From: Tubiluchus corallicola | Lineage: Eukaryota; Animalia; Priapulida | NCBI GenBank assembly: GCA_030141605.1 | Contig: JAQGDQ010000411.1 | Span: 124,001-188,000 of the forward strand | DNA: 64,000 nt | Direction: 5' to 3' | Shown here: in pieces, positions 12,455 through 26,055 of the stretch | Numbering within the stretch: position 1 is the stretch's first letter | How the letters are laid out: each line of letters starts with the position of its first letter | Program-made: the position numbers and the translations under genes | Notes under the pieces: generated by a model | The model's database searches: none | What the model saw: only the letters and a program-made list of their open reading frames with translations | What the model was told of the DNA's origin: nothing

Positions 12455-15172
12455 TCATCACTACCACTTACAATCTTAGTACTTATCATCACTACTACTT
12501 ACAATCTTAGTACTTATCATCACTACCACTTACAATATTACTACTTATCATCACTACCACTTGCAATCTTAGTACTTATCATCACTACCACTTACAATAT
12601 TACTACTTATCATCACTACCACTTACAATCTTACTACTTATCTCCACTACCACTTACAATCTTACTACTTATCATCACTACCACTTACAATCTTAGTACT
12701 TATCATCACTACCACTTACAATCTTAGTACTTATCATCACTACCACTTACAACAATCTTAGTACTTATCATCACTACCACTTACAATATTACTACTTATC
12801 ATCACTACCACTTACAATATTACTACTTATCATCACTACCACTTACAACAATCTTAGTACTTATCATCACTACCACTTACAATATTACTACTTATCATCA
12901 CTACCACTTACAATCTTAGTACTTATCATCACTACCACTTACAATCTTAGTACTTATCATCACTACCACTTACAACAATCTTAGTACTTATCATCACTAC
13001 CACTTACAATATAACATCATCACTACCACTTACAATATTACTACTTATCATCTACACTTACAATATTACTACTTATCATCACTACCACTTACAATCTTAG
13101 TACTTATCATCACTACCACTTACAATATTACTACTTATCATCACTACCACTTACAATATTACTACTTATCTCCACTACCACTTACAATCTTAGTACTTAT
13201 CATCACTACCACTTACAATCTTAGTACTTATCATCACTACCACTTACAATCTTAGTACTTATCATCACTACCACTTACAATATTACTACTTATCATCACT
13301 ACCACTTACAATATTACTACTTATCATCACTACCACTTACAATATTACTACTTATCATCACTACCACTTACAATCTTAGTACTTATCATCACTACCACTT
13401 ACAATCTTAGTACTTATCATCACTACCACTTACAATATTACTACTTATCATCACTACCACTTACAATCTTAGTACTTATCATCACTACCACTTACAATAT
13501 TACTACTTATCATCACTACCACTTACAATCTTAGTACTTATCATCACTACCACTTACAATATTACTACTTATCATCACTACCACTTACAATATTACTACT
13601 TATCATCACTACCACTTACAATCTTAGTACTTATCATCACTACCACTTACAACAATCTTAGTACTTATCATCACTACCACTTACAATATTACTACTTATC
13701 ATCACTACCACTTACAATATTACTACTTATCATCACTACCACTTACAATCTTAGTACTTATCATCACTACCACTTACAATATTACTACTTATCATCACTA
13801 CCACTTACAATATTACTACTTATCATCACTACCACTTACAATCTTAGTACTTATCATCACTACCACTTACAATATTACTACTTATCATCACTACCACTTA
13901 CAATCTTAGTACTTATCATCACTACCACTTACAATATTACTACTTATCATCACTACCACTTACAATATTACTACTTATCCACTACCACTTACATCTTAGT
14001 ACTTATCATCACTACCACTTACAAATTATACTTATCATCACTACCACTTACAATCTTATACTTATCATCACTACCACTTACAATCTTAGTACTTATCATC
14101 ACTACCACTTACAATATTACTACTTATCATCACTACCACTTACAATCTTAGTACTTATCATCACTACCACTTACAATATTACTACTTATCATCACTACCA
14201 CTTACAATATTACTACTTATCATCACTACCACTTACAATATTACTACTTATCATCACTACCACTTACAATATTACTACTTATCATCACTACCACTTACAA
14301 TCTTAGTACTTATCATCACTACCACTTACAATCTTAGTACTTATCATCACTACCACTTACAATCTTAGTACTTATCATCACTACCACTTACAATATTACT
14401 ACTTATCATCACTACCACTTACAACAATCTTAGTACTTATCATCACTACCACTTACAATATTACTACTTATCATCACTACCACTTACAATATTACTACTT
14501 ATCATCACTACCACTTACAATATTACTACTTATCATCACTACCACTTACAATCTTAGTACTTATCATCACTACCACTTACAATCTTAGTACTTATCATCA
14601 CTACCACTTACAATCTTAGTACTTATCATCACTACCACTTACAATCTTAGTACTTATCATCACTACCACTTACAATCTTAGTACTTATCATCACTACCAC
14701 TTACAATATTACTACTTATCATCACTACCACTTACAATCTTAGTACTTATCATCACTACCACTTACAATATTACTACTTATCATCACTACCACTTACAAT
14801 ATTACTACTTATCATCACTATTACTTACAATCTTAGTACTTATCATCACTACTACTTACAACATTACTACTTATCATCACTACCACTTACAATATTACTA
14901 CTTATCATCACTATTACTTACAATCTTAGTACTTATCATCACTACTACTTACAACATTAGTACTTATCATCACTACCACTTACAATCTTAGTACTTATCA
15001 TCACTACCACTTACAATCTTAGTACTTGTCATCACTACCATTTACAATCTTAGTACTTATCATTGCTACCACTTACAATCTTAGTACTTATCATCACTAC
15101 TACTTACAATCCTAGTACTTATCATCACTGCCACTTACAATCTTAGTACTTATCATCACTACCACTTACAAT
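12455..15172. repeat. Large 31-bp satellite array (~87 copies, two alternating variants)
   Basis: Units differ by CTTAGTAC versus ATTACTAC; same family as 196-720. Confidence 0.97.
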
Positions 15173-15469
15173 CCACCATAAATCCACAGACATAATGACA
15201 TCATTTGAGATACATTTTGTTTCGTACATTTTGGAATTACCTTGCCTATGCACATTGGCACGTCGTATCAAGAGAACTGTCTATCGTTGGGTGAATTGTG
15301 TCAATATTAGGACACAAACCATTTGCTTAGGCTTAGGTAGTGTGGGCATTTGGCATCGATAAAGGTCATTTCGAATGTGATCTGTGTAATACGATGCCCA
15401 ACACTCATGATAAGTATTAGTATCTTAATGATGAACAAAACAGAACTTTAAAAAAATAAAACCGCACCT

Positions 15470-16050
15470 CAAACTTAAACTGAAAGCCAAAACAATCTAT
15501 TTTTTAAAATATTGAAAGGAAATATACTATTTTTTCCAAAAAAATGACTTACGTGAAAGAATTATTACCACACAAACACAATTTCACGTTCGCGCCACTA
15601 GTTCTTCGCTGCTACATGCACTTCACCATTCGCTAGTTAGACGGGTACTAGCGCCTGCATTTCAGAAACGCATTGCACAAAAAATTGGTGCTGTACCGGT
15701 CAGCTCAGATGTGTTAGTTTGTGACGAACTTCACACTTTCAACAGCTCATGCGTGGGCACAGCGGTAAATTTGAAAACTGAATTTTTATGTTAAAACTTG
15801 CCTAGTTTTAGCACAACCCACTGAATATCTTACAGTAGCACTGTACTTCAATTTTCGCTTTCACAAACATGTAAAACACGCTCGTGAATATTTTTGCTGT
15901 TGAAAATTATGTTAATTTGTGATGTCATCAATAGTTGAGCTCACCTGCCGTTAATTAAGATTTCAATCTGTTACTAAATTATCAAAAACACTTTTGCAGC
16001 ATTAATTGTGTTGGGATGAATACTTTTTATCGGAGTTGAAAATGGGGAAA
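15470..16050 (+). mobile_element. Interspersed repeat family A copy
   Basis: Reverse complement of 32830-33405; shares blocks with 728-965 and 12345-12455. Confidence 0.75.
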
Positions 16051-16185
16051 CCCTCTGCCTCTAAGAGGAAATGAGAAGCAGTCCTGAGAACATCCGGAAG
16101 TACCCTGGTTGCCATAAAAGAGACAAGTTGAATGTAACAACTAGGCTTTACTGAGCCAAGTACTGCAAGACTGAATAATAATGAG

Positions 16186-16812
16186 CAGGGGCGTAGCAAG
16201 GTGGGGGTCGACAGGGGTGCCCCCGGGGTGAGAGCACACAAAATTTTTCTAGAGTTCCATGACTGTTAATTATTAATTACTAATCCGACATTAACAAAAC
16301 AATTAACAAAAGTTTTCAAACGACAACAAAATTGTCTAGTCAGAGATCATCGTAGCTAACCTAATTACTACATGTATACAGCCTAATGTTGTTACTTAAT
16401 GGCGTATGTAGGGTGTCCATGCGGTTTAGTAGTTCAATAATTTTGAGAGAAACAGTGACGTTTCTCTAAATGTTGATTGTATTATTGTGAAAACCTCTAG
16501 TGTTCTGTATCTTTCATAATCTTTGCATGTTTTAATGCTGGAGCTGAATGTTTAATGACTGTCGTGTTATGAGCAACTAATGTATAGAAAAGAGTTACTC
16601 TGCTGCAGTACCACAAATCAAACTCAGGATGATTCTTAGAAAAAATTTGTTTATCTTTATCCCATCATGTCGAAAAGGAAAGTCGGGCTCAGGGACGCAA
16701 AAATGCGCATAATTTGTGGCTTCACCCAGGAAACAAATGATCAAAACATTAAAAGAGGGGGGTGCCAGAACATTTTTACCCCCGGGCGCCACAAGCGCTT
16801 GCTACAGCATTG
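16186..16812 (-). mobile_element. hAT-like MITE (family C)
   Basis: TIRs CAGGGGCGTAGCAAG...CTTGCTACAGCATTG; reverse complement of 44523-45128; third copy ~52018-52640. Confidence 0.8.
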
Positions 16813-16980
16813 CTAATACGATTTTGCAATCTGTCAAGTGGGCTGAGGTAACAAGGCTGAGGTAACAAAGTGAGGCACCAGACTGATATGGCTGCAGTAT
16901 CCTACACACGACCAGGTAGTCGATTTATAACGATTATTCAGTCTGTCAGGTGGGAAATGTAACCCAATAGAGATGCACAA

Positions 16981-16992
16981 ATGGAAGCTCAG
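16981..16992 (+). CDS. Candidate short alternative first coding exon of Cav-beta (MEAQ)
   Basis: CAAATGGAAGCTCAG|GTACGT: good Kozak context, phase-0 donor, adjacent CGCATGCGC (NRF1-like) motif. Very short, so chance is possible. Confidence 0.3.
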
Positions 16993-18362
16993 GTACGTGC
17001 TGTGCGACTGAAAGTACGCATGCGCCGCCCGAGTTTAATCAGCTTGACTGTGTACATAACCTATTGCAGTTTGTTTTATTCATCAGCTTTTGACACATTG
17101 ACAATGCTGATTCATGGAAGAGATAAGTCCAAAGAGGTGTCATTATTGTTACCCAGCACCCCCTTTTCTGTCTTTCACCGCTTGTAGTGTTGGTCTGAAA
17201 TCGATCGCGACATCAGATGGTTTGTTATTATTACCTTCAGTGCTAATTGCTAAGTTGTTTGCTAGTCTAGACAGGAAGCTAATTTTTTTTCATAAAAACT
17301 TTAAACAGATAGTAGTGTAACTTTTGTGTTACTAAAGGAAGATAGGATGACTTAACATATACCATCCTATTTTCAAGTACTGTAAAAATATACATTTTAA
17401 CATCAATAATACTGCAAAAGCGTTTCTGATAATTAAATAATAGTTTAAAATGTCAGTTAACGGCAGGCGAGCCCAACTATTGATGACATCACAAACTAAC
17501 TAACTTTCAACATCAAAAATATTCCACGAGCGTGTTGCACGTGTTTGTGAAAGAGAAAATTGCAGTGCTACTGTGAGATATTCAGTATGTTGTACTAAAG
17601 CTAGGAAAGTTTTAAGATAAAAACTCAAATTTCAATTTTACCACTGTGCTCATGCGTGAGCTGTCGAACGAATTCAGTACGTCACGAACGAAACCCTCTA
17701 AATTGAGAGGTACACTCTCAATTTGTAACTTGTAAGCCAATTTTATTAGAGGCGCATAAAAACATTTGTAGTTAAAGACAAAACAACTTTATTAAAAACG
17801 TTTCCATTGAAAAGTTAAAATCATACCAAACGTTTCGACTAGCTGGTACTGGTTGTAAATGTAAACTGGTTGTATGTTTGTAAATTTAATACTGATGATG
17901 ACGGCAGCCGCTTTCTAATAAAGCCGTGTTATTTTTAACTACAAATAAACTTGTAATTTTCATAGCCAAAAGATAATGTGTCGTCAAACTTTGCATAGTA
18001 TTCGCTTTTATTGCAATCTAAGCTTCGGTACATTTTTTCTGGGCCACCCGTATATGTAGTCTTGCCGTAATCAATGAATATACATTATGTACAAGGGTGC
18101 ATTGTGTAGGACTATACACTATAATAGGTCAACGTTATTGAATGTACATTGTATATCTTCAAGGAATACATTAAATAGGCCAACATATTTATAGGTCACT
18201 TGTAAAAATTATCCCTTTTACCAGTTGCTTTTGATTAAACACGCGTTACCTTCTTGTAACGTACACTACTTGTCTAAACTGTGTACACGTGTAGCAATAA
18301 TGACGCATAACTTGAATTGACTACAGTTGGCAACACTAGAAATAATGGTATTTTAGAAGCTC

Positions 18363-19521
18363 TAGAGTTGCCAGCCCGTCATTAATCGGTCAGGAGTCAA
18401 AAGCTAGCTAGGAAACCTGTAAGCTCCCCCAATGGGAACCGGATGGAGGCCTAGGAAACCAAGCATTTCCTGCATTTAAGATGTCTTTATTTCTGGACTT
18501 TCTTCCCACTCACAGATCGGGTTTAGCAATCAAATTATTAAGCACTTTATGTTGTGTGAAATAAAGCTAAAGCGGAGGAATGCTTAGTTTGCAGTTATTG
18601 TCTCTGCAGCAAAAGTTGGTGAAAATGTAGACGGGGTGAAGTGATGAAGCCATGTAAGCGATTAAAGTTAATTTAACAAGTTTACTGTTACCTTAGTTAA
18701 CAGGGACTTAGACGTTTTTTTGGGTTTAATGTTTTGGAAAGTGTCAATAGCATGCAAGTTGTATTTTCGATTTTTTTCCACTAAAATTTTAATGTTAATA
18801 ACAAAATCAGGAGATTTCAATGTGATGGTCAAAATCAGGAGATTTCAATGTGATGGTCAAAATCAGGAGATTTCAGTGTGATGTACAAAATCAGGAGATT
18901 TCAATGTGATGGTCAAAATCAGGAGATTTCAGTGTGATGTACAAAATCAGGAGATTTCAATGTGATGTACAAAATCAGGAGATTTCAGTGTGATGGTCAA
19001 AATCTGGAGATTTCAATGCGATAGTCAAAATCAGGAGATTTCAATGTGATGGTCAAAATCAAGAGATCTCATTGTGATGTACAAAATCAGGTGATTTCAA
19101 TGTGATGGTCAAAATCAAGAGATTGCAATGTGATTGTCAAAATCGAGAGATTTCAGAATTTTTGGAAAATCCGACTGAACTACGAATCCATGGCTGCATT
19201 TCATTAGACTCCGTGCCAAATCGGGAGCGGTGGCAACCCTAAACTCTGGGCCGAATCGGGAGTGGTGGCAACCCTAAACTCTGGGCCAAATCAGGAGAGG
19301 TGGCAACCCTAAACTCTGGGCCAAATCGGGAGTGGTGGCAACCCTAAACTCTGGGCTAAATCGGGAGTGGTGGCAACCCTAAAATCTCAGCCAAATCGGG
19401 AGTGGTGGCAACTCTAAACTCTGGGCTAAATCGGGAGTGGTGGCAACCCTAAACTCTGGGCCGAATCGGGAGTGGTGGCAACCCTAAACTCTGGGCCAAA
19501 TCGAAAGTGGTGGCAACCCTG
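18363..19521 (-). mobile_element. hAT-like MITE carrying an internal 28-bp array (~12 copies) and a terminal 35-bp array (9 copies)
   Basis: Homologous in reverse to 10852-11569; arrays at 18803-19157 and 19218-19521. Confidence 0.75.
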
Positions 19522-20584
19522 TGCACAGCACGGAACAAACGAGTGATTTCTTTGGACTTTTACTGTATTCACTTGATATGTAAGACTTACTATAGTGCAC
19601 AAATAGAATCGTAGACACGTGTGGGTCATTTTGTCGGGTTGTTATTTTTATGGTCATTTTATTTTATGCTAGAATATGGCATTTAGGAGCATTGAAGGTT
19701 CAGTCACAAGCAGAAGCCATTAGTGACAAAATACCGGGAAACAGGCGTAATCTTCTGCGTCTTGGGATTTCACTCACGGCTTAGCGAACTGCTGTAGTTT
19801 GGTCGCTGGTCAAGACCACTGACCTTAATTAATACCCGCAATCCTTATAGACTAAATTCTTCTAGTGTCTTAATGGGTGTTGGAAGCGCTTGAAAGAGGG
19901 CTGTTTACCAGAATTTGATAGTGTTTAGTACTTACTAGATTTAAGCGACGAAGAGTCGAGATCCACTTCCTCGCGCAGTTCATCATGAAGTAAACACTTT
20001 TCTGTCCCTTCATAAATAAAGTAAAAAATCATTTTCTCTTCTAAATAAAGCGCAAAATATCCACGTTACAGTTTTGTATCGCCAACATACTGCTTTGTTT
20101 CGCGCAGAATTGGCAGTAAGGCTGTATAAAACTTGTAAATTTAAACTCCCGCGATGACCGCCAGGCGCAGCACTGCTAGTCGTTTGAGAGAAGTTTAGAT
20201 AACATTGCACAAAGTTTGAAGAAAATATTCAAGCATTCGCAGTATAGTTCGTTAACAAAGTAAAAGTTTAATTTTCTGTCGGTTGTCGATGAGATTAGAT
20301 GTACGTTTTTAGATGAATCGCCGGTGCCCATTGGGAAGGGGAGTCACGTGACATGTTACAAATTGGTGCGAATATTTCAAATTACTAACATTTTTTTAGT
20401 TACACAAATCTTTTAAGCGGGTAAGCGCAACGCTAAGCAGTATAGCTTAGTGTGGAAAGTTTTTTGGGACGAATTTAAAATTGCGATTTATTTCCCTTTA
20501 AGAATGAACAAGTTGTTCGTCTGGCTGCCTGCTTGTCTACCTGTCTCCCCGTCCATCGATTTGCTCCTTCGTCCGGGTGTTTGT

Positions 20585-20915
20585 CTGTCTGCCTGCCTGC
20601 CTGCCTGCCTGCATGCCTGCATGCATGCATTCAGTATGTATGTATGTATGTATGTATGTATGTATGTATGTATGTATGTATGTATGTATGTATGTATGTA
20701 TGTATGTATGTATGTATGCATGTATGCATGTATGCATGTATGCATGTATGCATGTATGCATGTATGCATGTATGTATGCATCTATGCATGCATCTATGTA
20801 TGTATCTATGCATGCATGCATGCATGTATGTATGTATGCAAGCATGCATGTATGTATGTAGATACGTACGTGCGTACGTATGTATGCCTGCATGTATGAT
20901 TGCATGCATGCATGT
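20585..20915. repeat. Compound microsatellite (GCCT)n/(TATG)n/(TGCA)n
   Basis: Direct reading; explains the many MYVC/HTYI ORFs. Confidence 0.97.
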
Positions 20916-21182
20916 ATGCGCCTTTCTGTCTGCCTCTGTCTGTTTTTCTGTTTCTGTCTGTGTAGCTTTTGGATCAAGTTTCTAAGATGGGGTCAAGCGA
21001 CAAGCGGCCATTTCATTGATTTAATTCACGGATACTATTTTAGCAACTGTCCCACTATAAGATTCCAGAACTTACAGGATTACTCAATAGCACTCGTCGA
21101 GTAACTGCACTAAATAAATGAGTAGAAGTAAGTGGAGTGGAGTACATTAGTTGTGACATTTTTTCAGAAATCTGATCTAAAA

Positions 21183-24100
21183 AGAGAATCTCTCTCCCAG
21201 GCAGGTTGTCCTGTATCCTTGTTGCATGCTCTACAGCAGCTGTAGCAGCAGAGATGTTATTGTTGCAAAGAGAATTGTTTAGCACACACAGAGAGAATCT
21301 CTCTCCCAGGCAGGTTGTCCTGTATCCTTGCTGCACGCTCTACAGCAGCTGTAGCAGCAGAGATGTTATTGTTGGGAAGTGATTTGTTTAGAACACACAG
21401 AGAGAATCTCTCTCCCAGGCAGGTTGTCCTGTATCCTTTCTGCAGGCTCTACAGCAGCTGTAGCAGCAGAGATGTTATTGTTGGGAAGTGAATTGTTTAG
21501 AACACACGGAGAGAATCTCTCTCCCAGGCAGGTTGTCCTGTATCCTTGCTGCAGGCTCTACAGCAGCTGTAGCAGCAGAGATGTTATTGTTGGGAAGTGA
21601 ATTGTTTAGAACAGAGAGAATCTCTCTCTCCCAGGCAGGTCCTGTATCCTTGCTGCACGCTCTACAGCAGCTGTAGCAGCAGAAATGTTATTGTTGGTAA
21701 GTGAGTTGTTTAGAACACACAGAGAGAATCTCTCTCCCGGGCAGGTTGTCTTGTATCCTTGCTGCAGGCTCTACAGCAGCTGTAGCAGCAGAGATGTTAT
21801 TGTTGGGAAGTGAATTGTTTAGAACAGAGAGAATCTCTCTCCCAGGCTGGTTGTCCTGTATCCTTGCTGCACGCTCTACAGCAGCTGTAGCAGCAGAAAT
21901 GTTATTGTTGGGAAGTGAGTTGTTTAGAACACACAGAGAGAATCTCTCTCCCGGGCAGGTTGTCTTGTATCCTTGCTGCAGGCTCTACAGCAGCTGTAGC
22001 AGCAGAGATGTTATTGTTGGGAAGTGAATTGTTTAGAACAGAGAGAATCTCGCTCCCAGGCTGGTTGTCCTGTATCCTTGCTGCAGGCTCTACAGCAGCT
22101 GTAGCAGCAGAGATGTTATTGTTGGGAAGTGAGTTGTTTAGAACACACAGAGAGAATCTCTCTCCCAGGCAGGTTGTCTTGTATCCTTGCTGCAGGCTCT
22201 ACAGCAGCTGTAGCAGCAGAGACCTTATTGTTGGGAAGTGAGTTGTTTAGAACACACAGAGAGAATCTCTCTCTCCCAGGCAGGTTGTCCTGTATCCTTT
22301 CTGCAGGCTCTACAGCAGCTGTAGCAGCAGAGATGTTATTGTTGGGAAGTGAATTTTTTAGCACACATGGAGAGAATCTCTCTCCCAGGCAGGTTGTCTT
22401 GTATCCTTGCTGCAGGCTCTACAGCAGCTGTAGCAGCAGAGATGTTATTGTTGGGAAGTGAATTGTTTAGCACACACAGAGAGAATCTCTCTCCCAGGCA
22501 GGTTGTCCTGTATCCTTGCTGCACGCTCTACAGCAGCTGTAGCAGCAGAGATGTTATTGTTGGGAAGTGATTTGTTTAGAACACACAGAGAGAATCTCTC
22601 TCCCAGGCAGGTTGTCCTGTATCCTTTCTGCAGGCTCTACAGCAGCTGTAGCAGCAGAGATGTTATTGTTGGGAAGTGAATTGTTTAGAACACACAGAGA
22701 GAATCTCTCTCCCAGGCAGGTTGTCCTGTATCCTTGCTGCAGGCTCTACAGCAGCTGTAGCAGCAGAGATGTTATTGTTGGGAAGTGAATTGTTTAGAAC
22801 AGAGAGAATCTCTCTCTCCCAGGCAGGTCCTGTATCCTTGCTGCACGCTCTACAGCAGCTGTAGCAGCAGAAATGTTATTGTTGGTAAGTGAGTTGTTTA
22901 GAACACACAGAGAGAATCTCTCTCCCGGGCAGGTTGTCTTGTATCCTTGCTGCAGGCTCTACAGCAGCTGTAGCAGCAGAGATGTTATTGTTGGGAAGTG
23001 AATTGTTTAGAACAGAGAGAATCTCTCTCCCAGGCTGGTTGTCCTGTATCCTTGCTGCACGCTCTACAGCAGCTGTAGCAGCAGAAATGTTATTGTTGGG
23101 AAGTGAGTTGTTTAGAACACACAGAGAGAATCTCTCTCCCGGGCAGGTTGTCTTGTATCCTTGCTGCAGGCTCTACAGCAGCTGTAGCAGCAGAGATGTT
23201 ATTGTTGGGAAGTGAATTGTTTAGAACAGAGAGAATCTCGCTCCCAGGCTGGTTGTCCTGTATCCTTGCTGCAGGCTCTACAGCAGCTGTAGCAGCAGAG
23301 ATGTTATTGTTGGGAAGTGAGTTGTTTAGAACACACAGAGAGAATCTCTCTCCCAGGCAGGTTGTCTTGTATCCTTGCTGCAGGCTCTACAGCAGCTGTA
23401 GCAGCAGAGACCTTATTGTTGGGAAGTGAGTTGTTTAGAACACACAGAGAGAATCTCTCTCTCCCAGGCAGGTTGTCCTGTATCCTTTCTGCAGGCTCTA
23501 CAGCAGCTGTAGCAGCAGAGATGTTATTGTTGGGAAGTGAATTGTTTAGCACACATGGAGAGAATCTCTCTCCCAGGCAGGTTGTCTTGTATCCTTGCTG
23601 CAGGCTCTACAGCAGCTGTAGCAGCAGAGATGTTATTGTTGGGAAGTGAATTGTTTAGAACAGAGAGAATCTCTCTCCCAGGCAGGTTGTCCTGTATCCT
23701 TTCTGCAGGCTCTACAGCAGCTGTAGCAGCAGAGATGTTATTGTTGGGAAGTGAATTGTTTAGAACACACGGAGAGAATCTCTCTCCCAGGCAGGTTGTC
23801 CTGTATCCTTTCTGCAGGCTCTACAGCAGCTGTAGCAGCAGAGATGTATTGCTGGGAAGTGAATTGTTTAGAACACACAGAGAGAATCTCTCTCCCAAGC
23901 AGGTTGTCCTGTATCCTTTCTGCAGGCTCTACAGCAGCTGTAGCAGCAGAGATGTTATTGTTGGGAAGTGAATTGTTTAGAACAGAGAGAATCTCTCTCC
24001 CAGGCAGGTTGTCTTGTATCCTTGCTGCAGGCTCTACAGCAGCTGTAGCAGCAGAGATGTTATTGTTGGGAAGTGAATTGTTTAGAACAGAGAGAATCTC

Positions 24101-24850
24101 TCTCCCAGGCAGGTTGTCCTGTATCCTTTCTGCAGGCTCTACAGCAGCTGTAGCAGCAGAGATGTTATTGTTGGGAAGTGAATTGTTTAGAACACACGGA
24201 GAGAATCTCTCTCCCAGGCAGGTTGTCCTGTATCCTTTCTGCAGGCTCTACAGCAGCTGTAGCAGCAGAGATGTATTGCTGGGAAGTGAATTGTTTAGAA
24301 CACACAGAGAGAATCTCTCTCCCAAGCAGGTTGTCCTGTATCCTTTCTGCAGGCTCTACAGCAGCTGTAGCAGCAGAGATGTTATTGTTGGGAAGTGAAT
24401 TGTTTAGAACAGAGAGAATCTCTCTCCCAGGCAGGTTGTCCTATATCCTTGCTGCAGGCTCTACAGCAGCTGTAGCAGCAGAGATGTTATTGTTGGGAAG
24501 TGAATTGTTTAGAACACACGGAGAGAATCTCTCTCCCAGGCAGGTTGTCCTGTATCCTTGCTCCAGGCTCTACAGCAGCTGTAGCAGCAGAGATGTTATT
24601 GTTGGGAAGTGAATTGTTTAGAACAGAGAGAATCTCTCTCCCAGGCTGGTTGTCCTGTATCCTTGCTGCAGGCTCTACAGCAGCTGTAGCAGCAGAGATG
24701 TTATTGTTGGGAAGTGAATTGTTTAGAACACACGGAGAGAATCTCTCTCCCAGGCAGGTTGTCCTGTATCCTTGCTGCAGGCTCTACAGCAGCTGTAGCA
24801 GCAGAAATGTTATTGTTGGGAAGTGAATTGTTTAGCACACATGGAGAGAA
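21183..24850. repeat. ~109-bp satellite (~34 copies) with higher-order structure
   Basis: Monomers of 105-111 bp; near-identical blocks offset by 1188 bp (21379/22567, 21701/22889, 22129/23317) and 427 bp (23751/24178). Confidence 0.97.
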
Positions 24851-25159
24851 GCTGTTTGGATCGATAGCAGTTGCTGTTCTCTTCAAAACGCTGTCACATT
24901 CAGCCGTGTACATGGCATACTTAGTGCTGTTAAGCGTTTTGGATGCTGTAGCCAGACGTCATTGACAACAAGTATAATCTGCTTGATCAAAGCATCGTTG
25001 GGAAGTGACAGAAATTCTCGCTGCTTCCGGCTTCCTTCTTTACCGAATTGTTACGAAATGTTGGCTAAATTGGCTTCTTTACGTTGTTGATCGTGAATTG
25101 TTTTTTAGAAACAATGCTGGCCTCTTTGTATTCTGGATGCTGGCCTCTTTTTTAGAAGT

Positions 25160-25600
25160 GTCGAATGTGAATTGTTTTCTAATCAATCATAACTTCTTCA
25201 TATTGTGGAATGTGAATTGTTTTATAATCAATCATAACTTCTTCATATTGTCGAATGTGAATTGTTTTATAATCAATCATAACTTCTTCATATTGTCGAA
25301 CGTGAATTGTTTCTAGAAACAATGCTGGTTTTTTTGGTTGTAGATGGGGAATTCTTTTTAGAAACACTGCTGGCTTTTTTACGATTTGGATGTTGAATTG
25401 TTTTTAGAAACACTGCTGGCTTTTTTATGATTTGGATGTTGAATTGTTTTTAGAAACACTGCTGGCTTTTTACGATTTGGATGTTGAATTGTTTTTAGAA
25501 ACACTGCTGGCTTTTTTATGATTTGGATGTTGAATTGTTTTTAGAAACACTGCTGGTTTCTTTATGATGTGGATATTGAATTGTTTTTAGAAGCAATGCT
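25160..25600. repeat. Two adjacent 45-46 bp tandem repeats
   Basis: Units TCGAATGTGAATTGTTTTATAATCAATCATAACTTCTTCATATTG (~3x) and GTTGAATTGTTTTTAGAAACACTGCTGGCTTTTTTATGATTTGGAT (~6x). Confidence 0.85.
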
Positions 25601-26055
25601 GTTTTTTACGTTGTAGCTACTGTACTGTTTAGACAAGCAGTGTTGGTTTCTCTTTGTCATGGACATTGAATTGAAGCTGTGCTGTACTAACTGGCTTCTT
25701 TATGTTGTAGACTGTGAATTGTCAAGCAATAAGCGTGGCTTCTTTGCTTATTTCATTGGACTGTTCAATATTGTTGATTACTGTATTACGAAAAGCTTCT
25801 ATTAACCGTTTAATTTACAAAATTATTAAGGAAATGTTTACATTCGCTGCATATGAGTTTACAAACTCAAACCAGGAACAAATCTGCTCCTTACGTCCAT
25901 ATGTGGTCAAAAAACTCAAGCTCCAATATCATAACCTCTTTTATGACCCTAGTATGACTAGTGTTAAAAAGGGATTTTTCACTGGTTTGCGATTTAACCT
26001 CTTCGTACTCTGAAGCGTGTCCATGAAATGAAATACGGTTTTCGTTCATTTACAG

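Noticed and set aside
20450-20985. MYVC/HTYI ORFs on both strands
   Set aside because: Translations of a (TATG)n microsatellite.
21183-24850. CRISPR-like array or repeat protein
   Set aside because: Whole monomers repeat without unique spacers, there are no cas genes, the context is eukaryotic, and unit lengths shift frame.
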